The position numbers were made by a program, and so were the translations under genes. The notes beneath the pieces were generated by a model. It had not been told where the DNA came from. It worked only from the letters and a program-made list of their open reading frames with translations, and did no database searches. From the NCBI GenBank assembly GCA_950097015.1, contig CATNEN010000041.1:3100001-3164000 (forward strand): DNA of 64,000 bases, read 5' to 3'. This document shows, one piece after another, positions 46,359 to 59,125 of the stretch (positions are counted from its first letter, which is position 1; each line of letters opens with the position of its first letter). This stretch comes from Macrostomum hystrix. Its lineage: Eukaryota; Animalia; Platyhelminthes.

Positions 46359-49300
46359 ATGCTGCCGCTGCATGAGCGGCCGGCCCTGGCCGTGTTCACC
46401 TCTGGTGGCGACTCGCAGGGCATGAACTCCGCCATCCGGGCCGTGGTGCGCATGGGCCTCTACTGCGGCTTTCGCGTCTACCTCATCTACGAGGGCTACG
46501 AGGGAATGATTGGCGACGGCGAGGGCGGTCAGGAGATGATCAAGGAGGCCAGCTGGGGCCAGGTGTCCGGCATCATCCAGCTGGGCGGCACCGTGATCGG
46601 TTCAGCCCGCTCCGCGCGTTTCCGCACGCGCGAGGGCCGCCTCCAGGCTGCCAGAAACCTGGTCCGCCGCGGCATCACTAACCTGGTCGTCATTGGCGGC
46701 GACGGCTCCCTCACTGGTGAGCCAGTGGCGGGTGGGATCTGGGAAGGAATGCTACTGCTCCCTCAGCGGTGAGCCAGTGGCGGGTGGGATCTGGGAAGGA
46801 ATGCTACTGCTCCCTCACTGGTGAGCCAGTGGCGGGTGGGATCTGGGAAGGAATGCTACTGCTCCCTCAGCGGTGAGCCAGTGGCGGGTGGGATCTGGGA
46901 AGGAATGCTACTGCTCCCTCAGCGGTGAGCCAGTGGCGGGTGGGATCTGGGAAGGAATGCTACTGCTCCCTCAGCGGTGAGCCAGTGGCGCGTGGGATCT
47001 GGGAAGGAATGCTACTGCTCTCTCACTGGTGAGCCAGTGGTGGGTGGGATCTGGGAAGGAATGCTACTGCTCCCTCAGCGGTGAGCCAGTGGCGGGTGGG
47101 ATCTGGGAAGGAATGCTACTGCTCCCTCAGCGGTGAGCCAGTGGCGCGTGGGATCTGGGAAGGAATGCTACTGCTCTCTCACTGGTGAGCCAGTGGTGGG
47201 TGGGATCTGGGAAGGAATGCTACTGCTCCCTCAGCGGTGAGCCAGTGGCGCGTGGGATCTGGGAAGGAATGCTACTGCTCCCTCAGCGGTGAGCCAGTGG
47301 CGGGTGGGATCTGGGAAGGAATGCTACTGCTCCCTCAGCGGTGAGCCAGTGGTGGGTGGGATCTGCGGTGATATTTGGAAGTCGGGAGTTGCTGCTAATG
47401 CAGTGTGAGAATGGGAAGCCAAGCACAGACAGACACCCAGAAGAAACCTGCTGCTATGAGAGAAGCGCATGCAGTAAAAGATGGATCGGGCCAAAAAACT
47501 CGCAGGTGCGGACCTGTTCCGTCAAGAGTGGCCTTCGCTGCTTGACGAGCTGCTGAAGGAGGGCGCCGTGACGGAAAAACAGCGGCGCGACTACGCCAGC
47601 CTGCACATCGCCGGCATGGTCGGCTCTATCGACAATGACTTCTGCGGCACCGACATGACCATCGGCACGGACTCTGCCCTGCACCGCATCATCGAGGCCT
47701 GCGACGCCATCGCCACCACCGCCCAGAGCCACCAGCGTGCCTTTGTCATGGAGGTGATGGGCCGTCACTGCGGCTACCTCGCCCTGGTGTCCGCCCTGTG
47801 CTGCGAGGCCGACTTTCTGTTCATCCCGGAGGAGCCGCCCGGCACGGACTGGCCAGAAGTGATGTGCAACCACCTCAGCAAGGTAAGCCGCACTTTAGAG
47901 AACTGGGCAGTCCTGTATCTGACGGCCTTTCAACTGCTTCTCCTCCTGGTTGGTCAGTTGACGACGGGCAGTGCTTACAGAAAGCTTAAAGCTTTCCTTT
48001 GCACTTTGTGCTGATTCTGTGGTCACTAGACAGCCGCTTTGACCCACTCCGCGCCACCACAGGCTCGTCAGCGCGGCAAGCGCTTGAACATCATCATCGC
48101 GGCCGAGGGCGCCATCGATACGGAGGGCAACGCAATCAGTGCCAACCTCATCAGGGACACCATCAGCCAGAAGCTGAAGTATGACACTCGCGTCACCGTG
48201 CTCGGACACGTGCAGCGTGGTGGCGCTCCCTCTGCCTTCGACCGCCTGCTGGGCTGCCGGATGGCCGCCGAGGCTGTGCTGGCCCTTTTGGACGCACGAC
48301 AGAACCCCGAGCTGCCCTCCATTGTGGTCAGCCTCGATGCCAACCAGGTGCGCTCACTGCCTGGCATATCTGCTTGAGAACATGATGGACTGGCAGTGCA
48401 CTAGGATTGGTTGCAGCATGACTGGCTGAGGACTGGGATTAGTTGCAGCATGACTGGCTGTGCACTGGGATTGGTTGCAGCATGACTGGCTGTGCACTGG
48501 GATTGGTTGCAGCAACACTGGCTGTGCACTGGGATTGATTGCACCATGACTGGCTGTGCACTTGAACATCATCATCGCGGCCGAGGGCACGATGTACTAG
48601 GATTGGTTGCAGCATATTGGATGGCTAGGATTGGCTGGCTGAGAGTTTAACGATCCGCTTTGCTGACAGCAAGCGCGCACAGTTGCATCACCCCGTCCCC
48701 CTCTCCCAGGCTGTCCGCCTGCCGCTAGTGGAGTGCGTGGCCCGCACTAAGGCCGTTAACGAGGCCATCCAGGCCAAGAACTATGCCCAATCCGTAGAGC
48801 TGCGCGGCAAGTCCTTCATCAACAACCTGGCCACCTATCGGACTCTTAAGAAGCTGCACTCGCCGGCCAGCTCCTGCACGGAAGGCTGTCCGACGCTGAT
48901 TATCGTGATGGTCGGAGCCCCCGCCTGCGGCGCCAACGCCTGCGTGCGCTCATTCGTCCGTACCGGCATCAGCAACGGCTTCCGCGTGCTCGGCGTCAAC
49001 GGCGGCTTTGAAGGGCTCGTGAAGGCCAGCTTTCGGCCGCTGAGCTGGGATGCCGTGTCCGGGCTGACGTCCACTGGCGGCAGCTGCCTCGGCACTAAGC
49101 GAACCACCGCCGAGGAGGTTGGCATCGCTCTGGTGAGTTGCTGGCTGAGCAGTCTGTTGCCTCAGGGCGCTCAGGACTCGGCATTGGGTGAATAGTTCTG
49201 CCACAATGCAATGGTGGGGTCCGGATTTGAGTTCAGCTGAGCAGACTTAGCAGGAGTTTCCCCAACCGCCTCTCAACAGGTGGCGGAGGCCCTGTCCAAG

Positions 49301-50939
49301 GTGGAGAACCTGAGCGGCCTGCTCCTGATAGGCGGCTTCGAGGCTTTCAGCTCGCTGGTGCAGCTGTTCCAGGCTCGGCCTAGCCACCCAGCACTGGCGG
49401 TGCCCATGCTGGTGGTGCCCTGCACCATCTCCAACAACGTGCCCGGCACCGACTTCTCCATCGGAGCGGACACCGCGCTCAATGAGATCACGCAGATTAT
49501 CGACAAGATCAAGCAGAGCGCCGTGGGCACCCAGCGCCGCGTGTTTGTCGTGGAGACCATGGGCGGCAACTGCGGCTACCTGGCCACCTTGGCTGGCCTG
49601 GCCGGCGGAGCCGACGCCGCCTACATCAAGGAGGACAAGTTCGACCTGGCCGTCCTGCTTGACGATGTGCGCCATCTCAAGCAGAAGATGCAGGACGACA
49701 GCGGCCTACAGCGCGGCCTCATCCTGCGCAATGAGCTGGCCAATGAGAACTACTCAACCGACTTTGTGTACCGCGTCTTCAAGGAGGAGGGCAAGGGAGT
49801 TTTCGACTGCCGCTCCAACGTGCTGGGCCACATGCAGCAAGGTGAGAACAGCTTGTGACAGCAAGGGCTCAGTCAGTGAGTCAGGGTGACAGCAAGGGCT
49901 CAGTCAGTGAGTCAGGGTGACAGCAAGGGCTCAGTCAGTGAGTCAGGGTGACAGCAGGGGCTCAGTCAGTGAGTCAGGGTGACAGCAGGGGCTCAGTCAG
50001 TGAGTCAGGGTGACAGCAAGGGCTCAGTCAGTGAGTCAGGGTGACAGCAAGGGCTCAGTCAGTGAGTCAGGGTGACAGCAAGGGCTCAGTCATTGAGTCA
50101 GGGTGACAGCAAGGGCTCAGTCAGTGAGTCAGGGTGACAGCAAGGGCTCAGTCAGTGAGTCAGGGTGACAGCAAGGGCTCAGTCAGTGAGTCAGAGTGAC
50201 AGCAAGGGCTCAGTCAGTGAGTCAGAGTGACAGCAAGGGCTCAGTCAGTGAGTCAGGGTGACAGCAAGGGCTCAGTCAGTGAGTCAGGGTGACGGCAAGG
50301 GCTCAGTCAGTGAGTCAGGGTGACGGCAGGGGCTGTCAGTGAGTCAGGGTGACAGCAAGGGTGACTCACTGACTCATTCCTCAGTCAGTGAGTCAGGGTG
50401 ACGGCAAGGGCTCAGTCAGTGAGTCAGGGTGACGGCAAGGGCTCAGTCAGAGAGTCAGGGTGACGGCAAGGGCTCAGTCAGTGAGTCAGGGTGACGGCAG
50501 GGGCTCAGTCAGTGAGTCAGGGTGACGGCAGGGGCTCAGTCAGTGAGTCAGGTGTCAGTCTCGCCAATCCGCAGGCGGCACTCCATCGCCATATGATCGC
50601 AACCTGGCCACAAAGTTTGGCGTGAAGGCCGCAGATTGGTTCTCCCGCGTAGTGTCCGGTGGGGCTTCTGGTGGCCCGGTCACAGCGGACGATTCCGCCA
50701 CCACCACGGCCGCCATTGTGGGCATCACAAAGCGGGGCACTAGCATCCGGGCTGTGTCCGAGCTGCTGGCTGACACGGACTTCAAGCTGCGCATGCAGCG
50801 CGCGGATACGCAGTGGTGGTTGAAGCTGCGCCCCCTGCTTCGCATCCTGGCCAAGCACGACTCGGTGTACGAGAGCGACTCGGTGCAGCGAACCCTCTCT
50901 GCCCAGGGGCTGGCCGAGGAGGACGAGATCGCGCTGTGA
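46359..50939 (+). CDS. PFK: ATP-dependent 6-phosphofructokinase, eukaryotic two-domain type (~789 aa)
   Basis: Exons 46359-46716, 47506-47882, 48063-48347, 48710-49132, 49280-49841, 50575-50939 (2370 nt, open). Motifs: [84 protein letters not shown]. An upstream N-terminal exon cannot be excluded. Confidence 0.97.
46716..47365. repeat. 52-bp minisatellite spanning the PFK exon 1/intron 1 junction
   Basis: Unit ggtgagccagtggcgggtgggatctgggaaggaatgctactgctccctca(ct/gc). gtgagc recurs from 46717 to 47341 = 12 x 52 bp. Confidence 0.96.
48378..48632. repeat. 32-bp degenerate minisatellite in PFK intron 3
   Basis: Unit catgactggctgtgcactgggattggttgcag. Confidence 0.88.
49855..50552. repeat. 32-bp minisatellite in PFK intron 5
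   Basis: Unit gtgacagcaagggctcagtcagtgagtcaggg. Confidence 0.96.
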
Positions 50940-51059
50940 GCGCTAGTTTGAGCACACTGTGGACTTGAGTCGGCTCTGATTTGACAAGTGCTTAACCAGA
51001 GACATTGGTCAGCGTGAAGCGAAGTTATTAAGGTTGTGTTGAATATCTGCTAGTCATTC

Positions 51060-51330
51060 GTTGCTAGATCTGAAGCTAGTGAAAGCGCAGTCAGTTGCTA
51101 GATCTGAAGCTAGTGAAGCGCAGTCAGTTGCTAGATCTGAAGCTAGTGAAGCGCAGTCAGTTGCTAGATCTGAAGCTAGTGAAGCGCAGTCAGTTGCTAG
51201 ATCTGAAGCTAGTGAAACGCAGTCAGTTGCTAGATCTGAAGCTAGTGAAACGCAGTCAGTTGCTAGATCTGAAGCTAGTGAAGCGCAGTCAGTTGCTAGA
51301 TCTGAAGCTAGTGAAACGCAGTCAGTTGCT
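51060..51330. repeat. 33-bp minisatellite downstream of the PFK stop
   Basis: Unit gcgcagtcagttgctagatctgaagctagtgaa. Confidence 0.94.
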
Positions 51331-52439
51331 AGGCATCTAGATGGAATTGTGTGCCAAGAACAGCTTCGCCTCAGCTGGCCGGTTGCGTCATCGGCTAGAT
51401 TTAGTTTTATTCTGTCGCCTTATTTATCAATGTAGAGCATTGGCTGAAGAGCAGGCAGCCGCCTGGAGGTCCGATAATGGCGGCCTCAGCTAATCCATAC
51501 CTTCCCCTGCCCTGAATCGCTCCTTTAGTTTTTTAACACAATTAGATTTCTCAGACTGCCGTGTTGTGTCCCAATTCTTTAATCTCGCATGATAGCTGCA
51601 GCCTCAGTCATAGAAAATGCTTGTCTACTCTCAGTAGCTTTTTGAGATCTCAGCTTTAATTTTTATCTATTCTATTTTTAGAAGCTCAGTTTGTGTTTTC
51701 ACCCGCTGGCACTGTTGCGCCTCTGTGATTTGGCCGGAGCAGGCGGAGTTTTGCTTTTTTTCTTCGCACTTTTAGTTTTCCCCCATTAACCTTTTTTGAG
51801 GGTGGGCGGAGCCTCGAACAAAACAGCAGCAGCAAGATCCCCAATCCCTGACTGAGGATCAGGGATACAGGATGGGGATCTGTGTCGGATGTGAGATTTT
51901 GTTTTTCTCCGGCTAAGAGCTAATTTAATCTCAGTTGTCAGAATCCATGTCAGCTATTTCAATAAATCGCCCATCGTACCGCGCCTGAGTTTCTATTTTG
52001 CTTTTAGTTTCACTCCTCACTGCAGCGCTTTGTCTATTAGTTATTCATCTGCACCACCCTTTCCTCTTCGACCTTGACAGTTGACTTACACGATGCGCGA
52101 TAACCAAGACTCTGCTATTATCTCTGCAGTATTCTATGCCGCGGCGAACTCACATTGTTTTTCTGTTTTTCACTCACGCCTTTTGTCTAGGCAGATTTAG
52201 CAGATTTTAATTTGCTAAAGTTTTATAACTTTAGTTAGATGTACTCATAGCTGATAAATATAGCCCACTTCTCCTCTACAACTGCAGTGAGTTGCTGCAG
52301 CCGCATAGCTCTGTCCCGTAGCAAAGCCACAGCTTGGTACCTGATTTCCAGAATAGTTCTTCCTTTTTTAGCATTAACAGCTTTAACACTAACGGGCAGC
52401 ATTCCCAGCAATTTATGAGGTTACTTGGTGTAAGCCGGC

Positions 52440-53172
52440 TATATAGATCTGTGAAGTCAGAGCTGACTGGGATAAACCAGGGCTATAGATCTGTGAAGTC
52501 AGAGCTGACTGGGATAAACCAGGGCTATAGATATGTAAAGTCAGAGCTGACTGGGATAAACCAAGGCTATAGATCTGTAAAGTCAGAGCTGACTGGGATA
52601 AACCAGGGCTATAGATCTGTGAAGTCAGAGCTGACTGGGATAAACCAGGGCTATAGATATGTAAAGTCAGAGCTGACTGGCATAAACCAGGGCTATAGAT
52701 CTGTGAAGTCAGAGCTGACTGGGATAAACCAGGGCTATAGATATGTAAAGTCAGAGCTGACTGGGATAAACCAAGGCTATAGATATGTAAAGTCAGAGCT
52801 GACTGGGATAAACCAGGGCTATAGATATGTAAAGTCAGAGCTGACTGGGATAAACCAAGGCTATAGATATGTAAAGTCAGAGCTGACTGGGATAAACCAA
52901 GGCTATAGATCTGTAAAGTCAGAGCTGACTGGGATAAACCAGGGCTATAGATATGTAAAGTCAGAGCTGACTGGGATAAACCAAGGCTATAGATATGTAA
53001 AGTCAGAGCTGACTGGGATAAACCAAGGCTATAGATATGTAAAGTCAGAGCTGACTGGGATAAACCAGGGCTATAGATCTGTAAAGTCAGAGCTGACTGG
53101 GATAAACCAAGGCTATAGATATGTAAAGTCAGAGCTGACTGGGATAAACCAAGGCTATAGATATGTAAAGTC
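52440..53172. repeat. 42-bp minisatellite
   Basis: Unit agat(c/a)tgt(g/a)aagtcagagctgactgggataaacca(g/a)ggctat, ~17 copies. Confidence 0.96.
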
Positions 53173-54057
53173 ATGGTCAAGTCCGAGAGTATGACAAATT
53201 TTACGTGTGATTCGCGTTACGCGTTGGCGAATGACATCGCGAAAGCCGCTCGGCGTAACATTTTATTAATTAAAACTCAATTAACACTGTGGGTGTTGCG
53301 CAATGTGCTACTGTCAGTACCACACTGAGTGCGAGCACTTATACTGGCAGTGTTCATTTCTGTGCTTAGCATTTGATTGAAACTTGCTGCTGCAACGTGA
53401 AGCATCACACTGGCGGATCACAATGATTGCAAGTGCAGTTGTACAATGCAGTACAGGTACAGCAGTTACTGTACAATACTAGGCCAAACAATCTTACAGA
53501 TGGCAGCGGTGCAATACGAGTATATAAATTAATACTGAGCCGTTCGTGCAAGCGGCGTGTAAAGTTGTGTCGCACATCTCAAACGAATCACGTGACTGCG
53601 GCGGGTCTTGGGACTTCAAGGCAGATCAGTGTGACTATTACAATTATTAGTATAACCTGGGGCTGGACTAAGCAATTTTAGATTTATGATTAAGTCATTT
53701 CGAACTAATCAACGCTATATAGTGTCTGTTGTTTTTTCGAGTTGCTTACGTCTACTAAACTTGTCTAGTACTAAATACAACTCCTTGAGTACTTAGCGGC
53801 TCGAAAGTATTCCCCAGTTGAACTATGCTGTACAACACAGCCATTATTAAATAATAATGGGGATGATATATCTGGGCTTGATGGGAACTTTTTGGGCACA
53901 GACTTCAGTCAGATAATGGGCCTTAGTTTCTTTCGCAACTTGGTCGCTACAGTTGAAGCAGCTGGACAGCACCTCAGCTTCTGCGGTAGCTGAAGGCAGA
54001 AAGGCCTCTGTGAGGGCAGCGGCAGCGGCGGCGGCAGCAGAGACGGCAAGGAGTGGC

Positions 54058-56232
54058 TACCTGTGAAGGGTTCAGGGAGATCGGTGCCTGCATGAGTGAC
54101 TGTGGCAGCATGTGAAGGGTTCAGGGAGATCGGTGCCTGCATGAGTGACTGTGGCAGCCTGTGAAGGGCTCAGGGAGATCGGGACCTGCATGAGTGACTG
54201 TGGCAGCCTGTGAAGGGCTCAGGGAGATCGGGACCTGCATGAGTGACTGTGGCAGCCTGTAAAGGGTTCAGGTTGGTCTATATGGCTGCATGAGTGACTG
54301 TGGCAGCCTGTGAAGGGTTCAGGGTGGTCTATGGCTGCATTAGTGACTGTGGCAGCCTGTAAAGGGTTCAGGGTGGTCTATGGCTGCATGAGTGACTGTG
54401 GCAGCCTGTGAAGGGTTCAGGGTGGTCTATATGGCTGCATGAGTGACTGTGGCAGCCTGTAAAGGCTCCAGGGTGGTCTATATGGCTGCATGAGTGACTG
54501 TGGCAGCCTGTGAAGGGTTCAGGGTGGTCTATGGCTGCATGAGTGACTGTGGCAGCCTGTAAAGGGTTCAGGGTGGTCTATGGCTGCATGAGTGACTGTG
54601 GCAGCCTGTGAAGGGTTCAGGGTGGTCTATGGCTGCATGAGTGACTGTGGCAGCCTGTGAAGGGTTCAGGGTGGTCTATATGGCTGCATGAGTGACTGTG
54701 GCAGCCTGTGAAGGTTTCAGGGTTGTCTATGGCTGCATGAGTGACTGTGGCAGCCTGTGAAGGGTTCAGGGTGGTCTATGGCTGCATGAGTGACTGTGGC
54801 AGCCTGTGAAGGGTTCAGGGTGGTCTATGGCTGCATGAGTGACTGTGGCAGCCTGTAAATGGTTCAGGGTGGTCTATATGGCTGCATGAGTGACTGTGGC
54901 AGCCTGTGAAGGGTTCAGGGTGGTCTATGGCTGCATGAGTGACTGTGGCAGCCTGTGAAGGGTTCAGGGTGGTCTATATGGCTGCATGAGTGACTGTGGC
55001 AGCCTGTGAAGGGTTCAGGGTGGTCTATGGCTGCATGAGTGACTGTGGCAGCCTGTAAAGGGTTCAGGGTGGTCTATATGGCTGCATGAGTGACTGTGGC
55101 AGCCTGTGAAGGTTTCAGGGTTGTCTATGGCTGCATGAGTGACTGTGGCAGCCTGTGAAGGGCTCAGGGAGATCGGGACCTGCATGAGTGACTGTGGCAG
55201 CCTGTAAAGGGTTCAGGTTGGTCTATATGGCTGCATGAGTGACTGTGGCAGCCTGTGAAGGGTTCAGGGTGGTCTATGGCTGCATTAGTGACTGTGGCAG
55301 CCTGTAAAGGGTTCAGGGTGGTCTATGGCTGCATGAGTGACTGTGGCAGCCTGTGAAGGGTTCAGGGTGGTCTATATGGCTGCATGAGTGACTGTGGCAG
55401 CCTGTAAAGGCTCCAGGGTGGTCTATATGGCTGCATGAGTGACTGTGGCAGCCTGTGAAGGGTTCAGGGTGGTCTATGGCTGCATGAGTGACTGTGGCAG
55501 CCTGTAAAGGGTTCAGGGTGGTCTATGGCTGCATGAGTGACTGTGGCAGCCTGTGAAGGGTTCAGGGTGGTCTATGGCTGCATGAGTGACTGTGGCAGCC
55601 TGTGAAGGGTTCAGGGTGGTCTATATGGCTGCATGAGTGACTGTGGCAGCCTGTGAAGGTTTCAGGGTTGTCTATGGCTGCATGAGTGACTGTGGCAGCC
55701 TGTGAAGGGTTCAGGGTGGTCTATGGCTGCATGAGTGACTGTGGCAGCCTGTGAAGGGTTCAGGGTGGTCTATGGCTGCATGAGTGACTGTGGCAGCCTG
55801 TAAATGGTTCAGGGTGGTCTATATGGCTGCATGAGTGACTGTGGCAGCCTTTGAAGGGTTCAGGGTGGTCTATGGCTGCATGAGTGACTGTGGCAGCCTG
55901 TGAAGGGTTCAGGGTGGTCTATATGGCTGCATGAGTGACTGTGGCAGCCTGTGAAGGGTTCAGGGTGGTCTATGGCTGCATGAGTGACTGTGGCAGCCTG
56001 TAAAGGGTTCAGGGTGGTCTATATGGCTGCATGAGTGACTGTGGCAGCCTGTGAAGGTTTCAGGGTTGTCTATGGCTGCATGAGTGACTGTGGCAGCCTG
56101 TGAAGGGTTCAGGGTGGTCTATATGGCTGCATGAGTGACTGTGGCAGCCTGTGAAGGTTTCAGGGTTGTCTATGGCTGCATGAGTGACTGTGGCAGCCTG
56201 TGAAGGGTTCAGGGTGGTCTATGGCTGCATGA
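54058..56232. repeat. 49/51-bp minisatellite with an internal 945-bp higher-order duplication
   Basis: Unit gcatgagtgactgtggcagcctgtgaagggttcagggtggtct(at)atggct. Confidence 0.96.
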
Positions 56233-56687
56233 GCTTTAACACCTCGCAGTATCAGTAACGAAGTGGACTGCATTTGAAGAAAACATATTTGAATTAGTTC
56301 TTAATGAATTCTTCTAAATGATACGAGTATATCATAGCGAGAAAATTTGCGTACTAATAGAAGCAAAAGCAACTGTTGCCACTGCACCAGATTACTCGTG
56401 CATTACGAGCTAGCTAGAAAGCTTTTAGCTAGATTTCCAGTGCAGGCAATGGGCTAAATTTCATTTCGAGGTCATTTTGGCTCTGCAACAAAACTGGAAA
56501 GCGCCGGCTGCGTCAGTCCGCTCGGGCACACCGGGGTGTTTCATCAGTGCGGATTCACTTGCACTTTATCTGCTTAGCGGCCAAACCCTGTGCAGCCCCG
56601 AAACCAGCTCTTACTGGCGTCTGCTGATTTGAGAACTGGAAGGAAGCCATCGACTTGCTCGTGCGACAGGCTGCGAGGCACCGGCAG

Positions 56688-57198
56688 TTTTAGCTGTTTA
56701 TCTGCTTCTTTAGCTGGTTATGTGCTACTTTAGCTGTTTATCTGCTACTTTAGCTGTTTATCTGCTTCTTTAGCTGTTTATCTGCTTCTTTAGCTGTTTA
56801 TGTGCTACTTTAGCTGTTTATCTGCTACTTTAGCTGTTTATGTGCTACTTTAGCTGTTTATCTGCTTCTTTAGCTGGTTATGTGCTAATTTAGCTGTTTA
56901 TGTGCTACTTTAGCTGTTTATGTGCTACTTTAGCTGTTTATGTGCTACTTTAGCTGTTTATGCGCTTCTTTAGCTGTTTATGTGCTTCTTTAGCTGGTTA
57001 TGTGCTACTTTAGCTGTTTATCTGCTTCTTTAGCTGTTTATCTGCTTCTTTAGCTGTTTATCTGCTTCTTTAGCTGTTTATGTGCTAATTTAGCTGTTTA
57101 TCTGCTACTTTAGCTGTTTATCTGCTACTTTAGCTGTTTATGTGCTTCTTTAGCTGTTTATGTGCTACTTAAGCTGTTCATGTGCTACTTAAGCTGTT
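56688..57198. repeat. 20-bp minisatellite
   Basis: Unit tttagctgtttat(g/c)tgct(a/t)c. Confidence 0.95.
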
Positions 57199-57222
57199 AG
57201 CTGGCGAATGGCCACTGTTACC

Positions 57223-57729
57223 CATGGTCATAAGTACACTGGGAATTAACTGCACATGGTCATAAGTACGCTGGGAATTAACTGCACATGGTCATAAGTA
57301 CGCTGGGAATTAACTGCACATGGTCATAAGTACGCTGGGAATTAACTGCACATGGTCATAAGTACGCTGGGAATTAACTGCACATGGTCATAAGTACGCT
57401 GGGAATTAACTGCACATGGTCATAAGTACGCTGGGAATTAACTGCACATGGTCATAAGTACGCTGGGAATTAACTGCACATGGTCATAAGTACGCTGGGA
57501 ATTAACTGCACATGGCCATAAGTACGCTGGGAATTAACTGCACATGGTCATAAGTACGCTGGGAATTAACTGCACATGGTCATAAGTACGCTGGGAATTA
57601 ACTGCACATGGTCATAAGTACGCTGGGAATTAACTGCACATGGTCATAAGTACGCTGGGAATTAACTGCACATGGTCATAAGTACGCTGGGAATTAACTG
57701 CACATGGTCATAAGTACGCTGGGAATTAC
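57223..57729. repeat. 32-bp near-perfect minisatellite
   Basis: Unit catggtcataagtacgctgggaattaactgca. It begins on the minus strand at GAAG|GTAATT. Confidence 0.96.
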
Positions 57730-58894
57730 CTTCGCTTCACGGGGCTGCGTCGCTGGCCGCCTCCGACAGTCCGGAGTCCAGCTGATGCAGCCCGGTGAAG
57801 CTGGACAAATCTTCCACAATCGCCTCCATCCTGGTAGGTGGCGTGGAGTCTTTGTTTTTCAGGATGCTGTGCTGCTGCTGCTGCTGAGGCTGGGCGGCAG
57901 GGGTTCTGGGCAGCTCCGGGCTCGGAGTCGCTGAGGTTGGCGAGGAGGCACCGCAGTCGGATCTTGGCAGGAGGCGCCTGGACTCTGTGAGTTGCGTCAG
58001 GCAGTGGGAGCGGAGTGAATGCGGGTCCTCAAATGGGCGGGAACTCTTAGAAAACGGGGAGTGTACTCGGGCTCTGCCTGTTCTTCTAGCAGCAACTCAA
58101 CTGGAGGGGCATTGTCTAACTCGGGAATAAATTCAGAATCTGGGCAGCGAATTCTCGAGTGCCACAAGCGCAGACTCGATAGAGAGATTGAGAACGACGG
58201 AGTGGCAGACAGAGTCACTCGATATGAAGCAGGCTCCCATGCCCAAGTATTTGAAGCCGAATTTAATTCAAGGCATCAATGTCGGCATGACTTCGCGATT
58301 CCCAGACATGAGTTCTCTGGGTCTCATTGTGGCTCACTGGGAAGGCCCGGCTGTCTGGGCCGGCTGCCTGTACGCTAGCGGAGAGGCTCGCCCGTCCCAG
58401 GGGGCTCCGGGGTACAACCGCGGCTGCAGAAAATTTGCATTCGCGGTCTGAGTACGCCTCAATCGCCCTCCCCTTCCTCTCTCTCGTGAGCATAGTCATC
58501 TTTTCCAAGCGAAGCGCGCCCAGTTTAGACAAACTGGAGAGTGTCCGGCCGCTCTGATCTGCTGCTGCAGAGAGCGGAGAGATAGGGAGGGAGCGGCTGG
58601 GCTGGAAGGCATTCGCCAGGATTAATCAGCTGCTCCGCTGGCCCACTAGGCCCGGCTGGCGCTTCGCCGAAGTCACGGCAGCGGCGGAGATCGACACGTG
58701 GAGAACGAAGCGCCTGTTAATTGGGTGCTCGCCCTGGGCCAAGGAGGCCGGGACGACTCGCAACTTCGGAGCTTCCAAATGAGCTGAGGGAACTGTTCGC
58801 TCCGATGATGCGATTCGGCACTGCCAGCGAGATAGTCCGTTGTTGAAGTAGAATGTTGGTACTAACAAGAGCTGAGGGTAGAACACTAGAGATT

Positions 58895-59125
58895 GATATG
58901 GGGATATGTCTTATAGGGATATGGGGATATGTCTTACAGGGATATGGGGATATGTCTTATAGGGATATGGGGATATGTCTTATAGGGATATGGGGATATG
59001 TCTTATAGGGATATGGGGATATGTCTTATTGGGATATGGGGATATGTCTTATAGGGATATGGGGATATGTCTTATAGGGATATGGGGATATGTCTTATAG
59101 GGATATGGGGATGTCTTATTGGGAT
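58895..59125. repeat. 23-bp minisatellite
   Basis: Unit atatggggatatgtcttataggg. Confidence 0.93.

Noticed and set aside
46529-50858. Minus-strand ORFs over PFK (also antisense ORFs over RNF19, CK1 and Kv2)
   Set aside because: Antisense shadows of GC-rich coding exons.
52334-53194. 286-aa and 255-aa repeat ORFs
   Set aside because: 42-bp array open on both strands, with no evidence of coding.
1710-57729. Arrays as CRISPR loci
   Set aside because: Units are head-to-tail with no unique spacers, there are no cas genes, and the context is eukaryotic.
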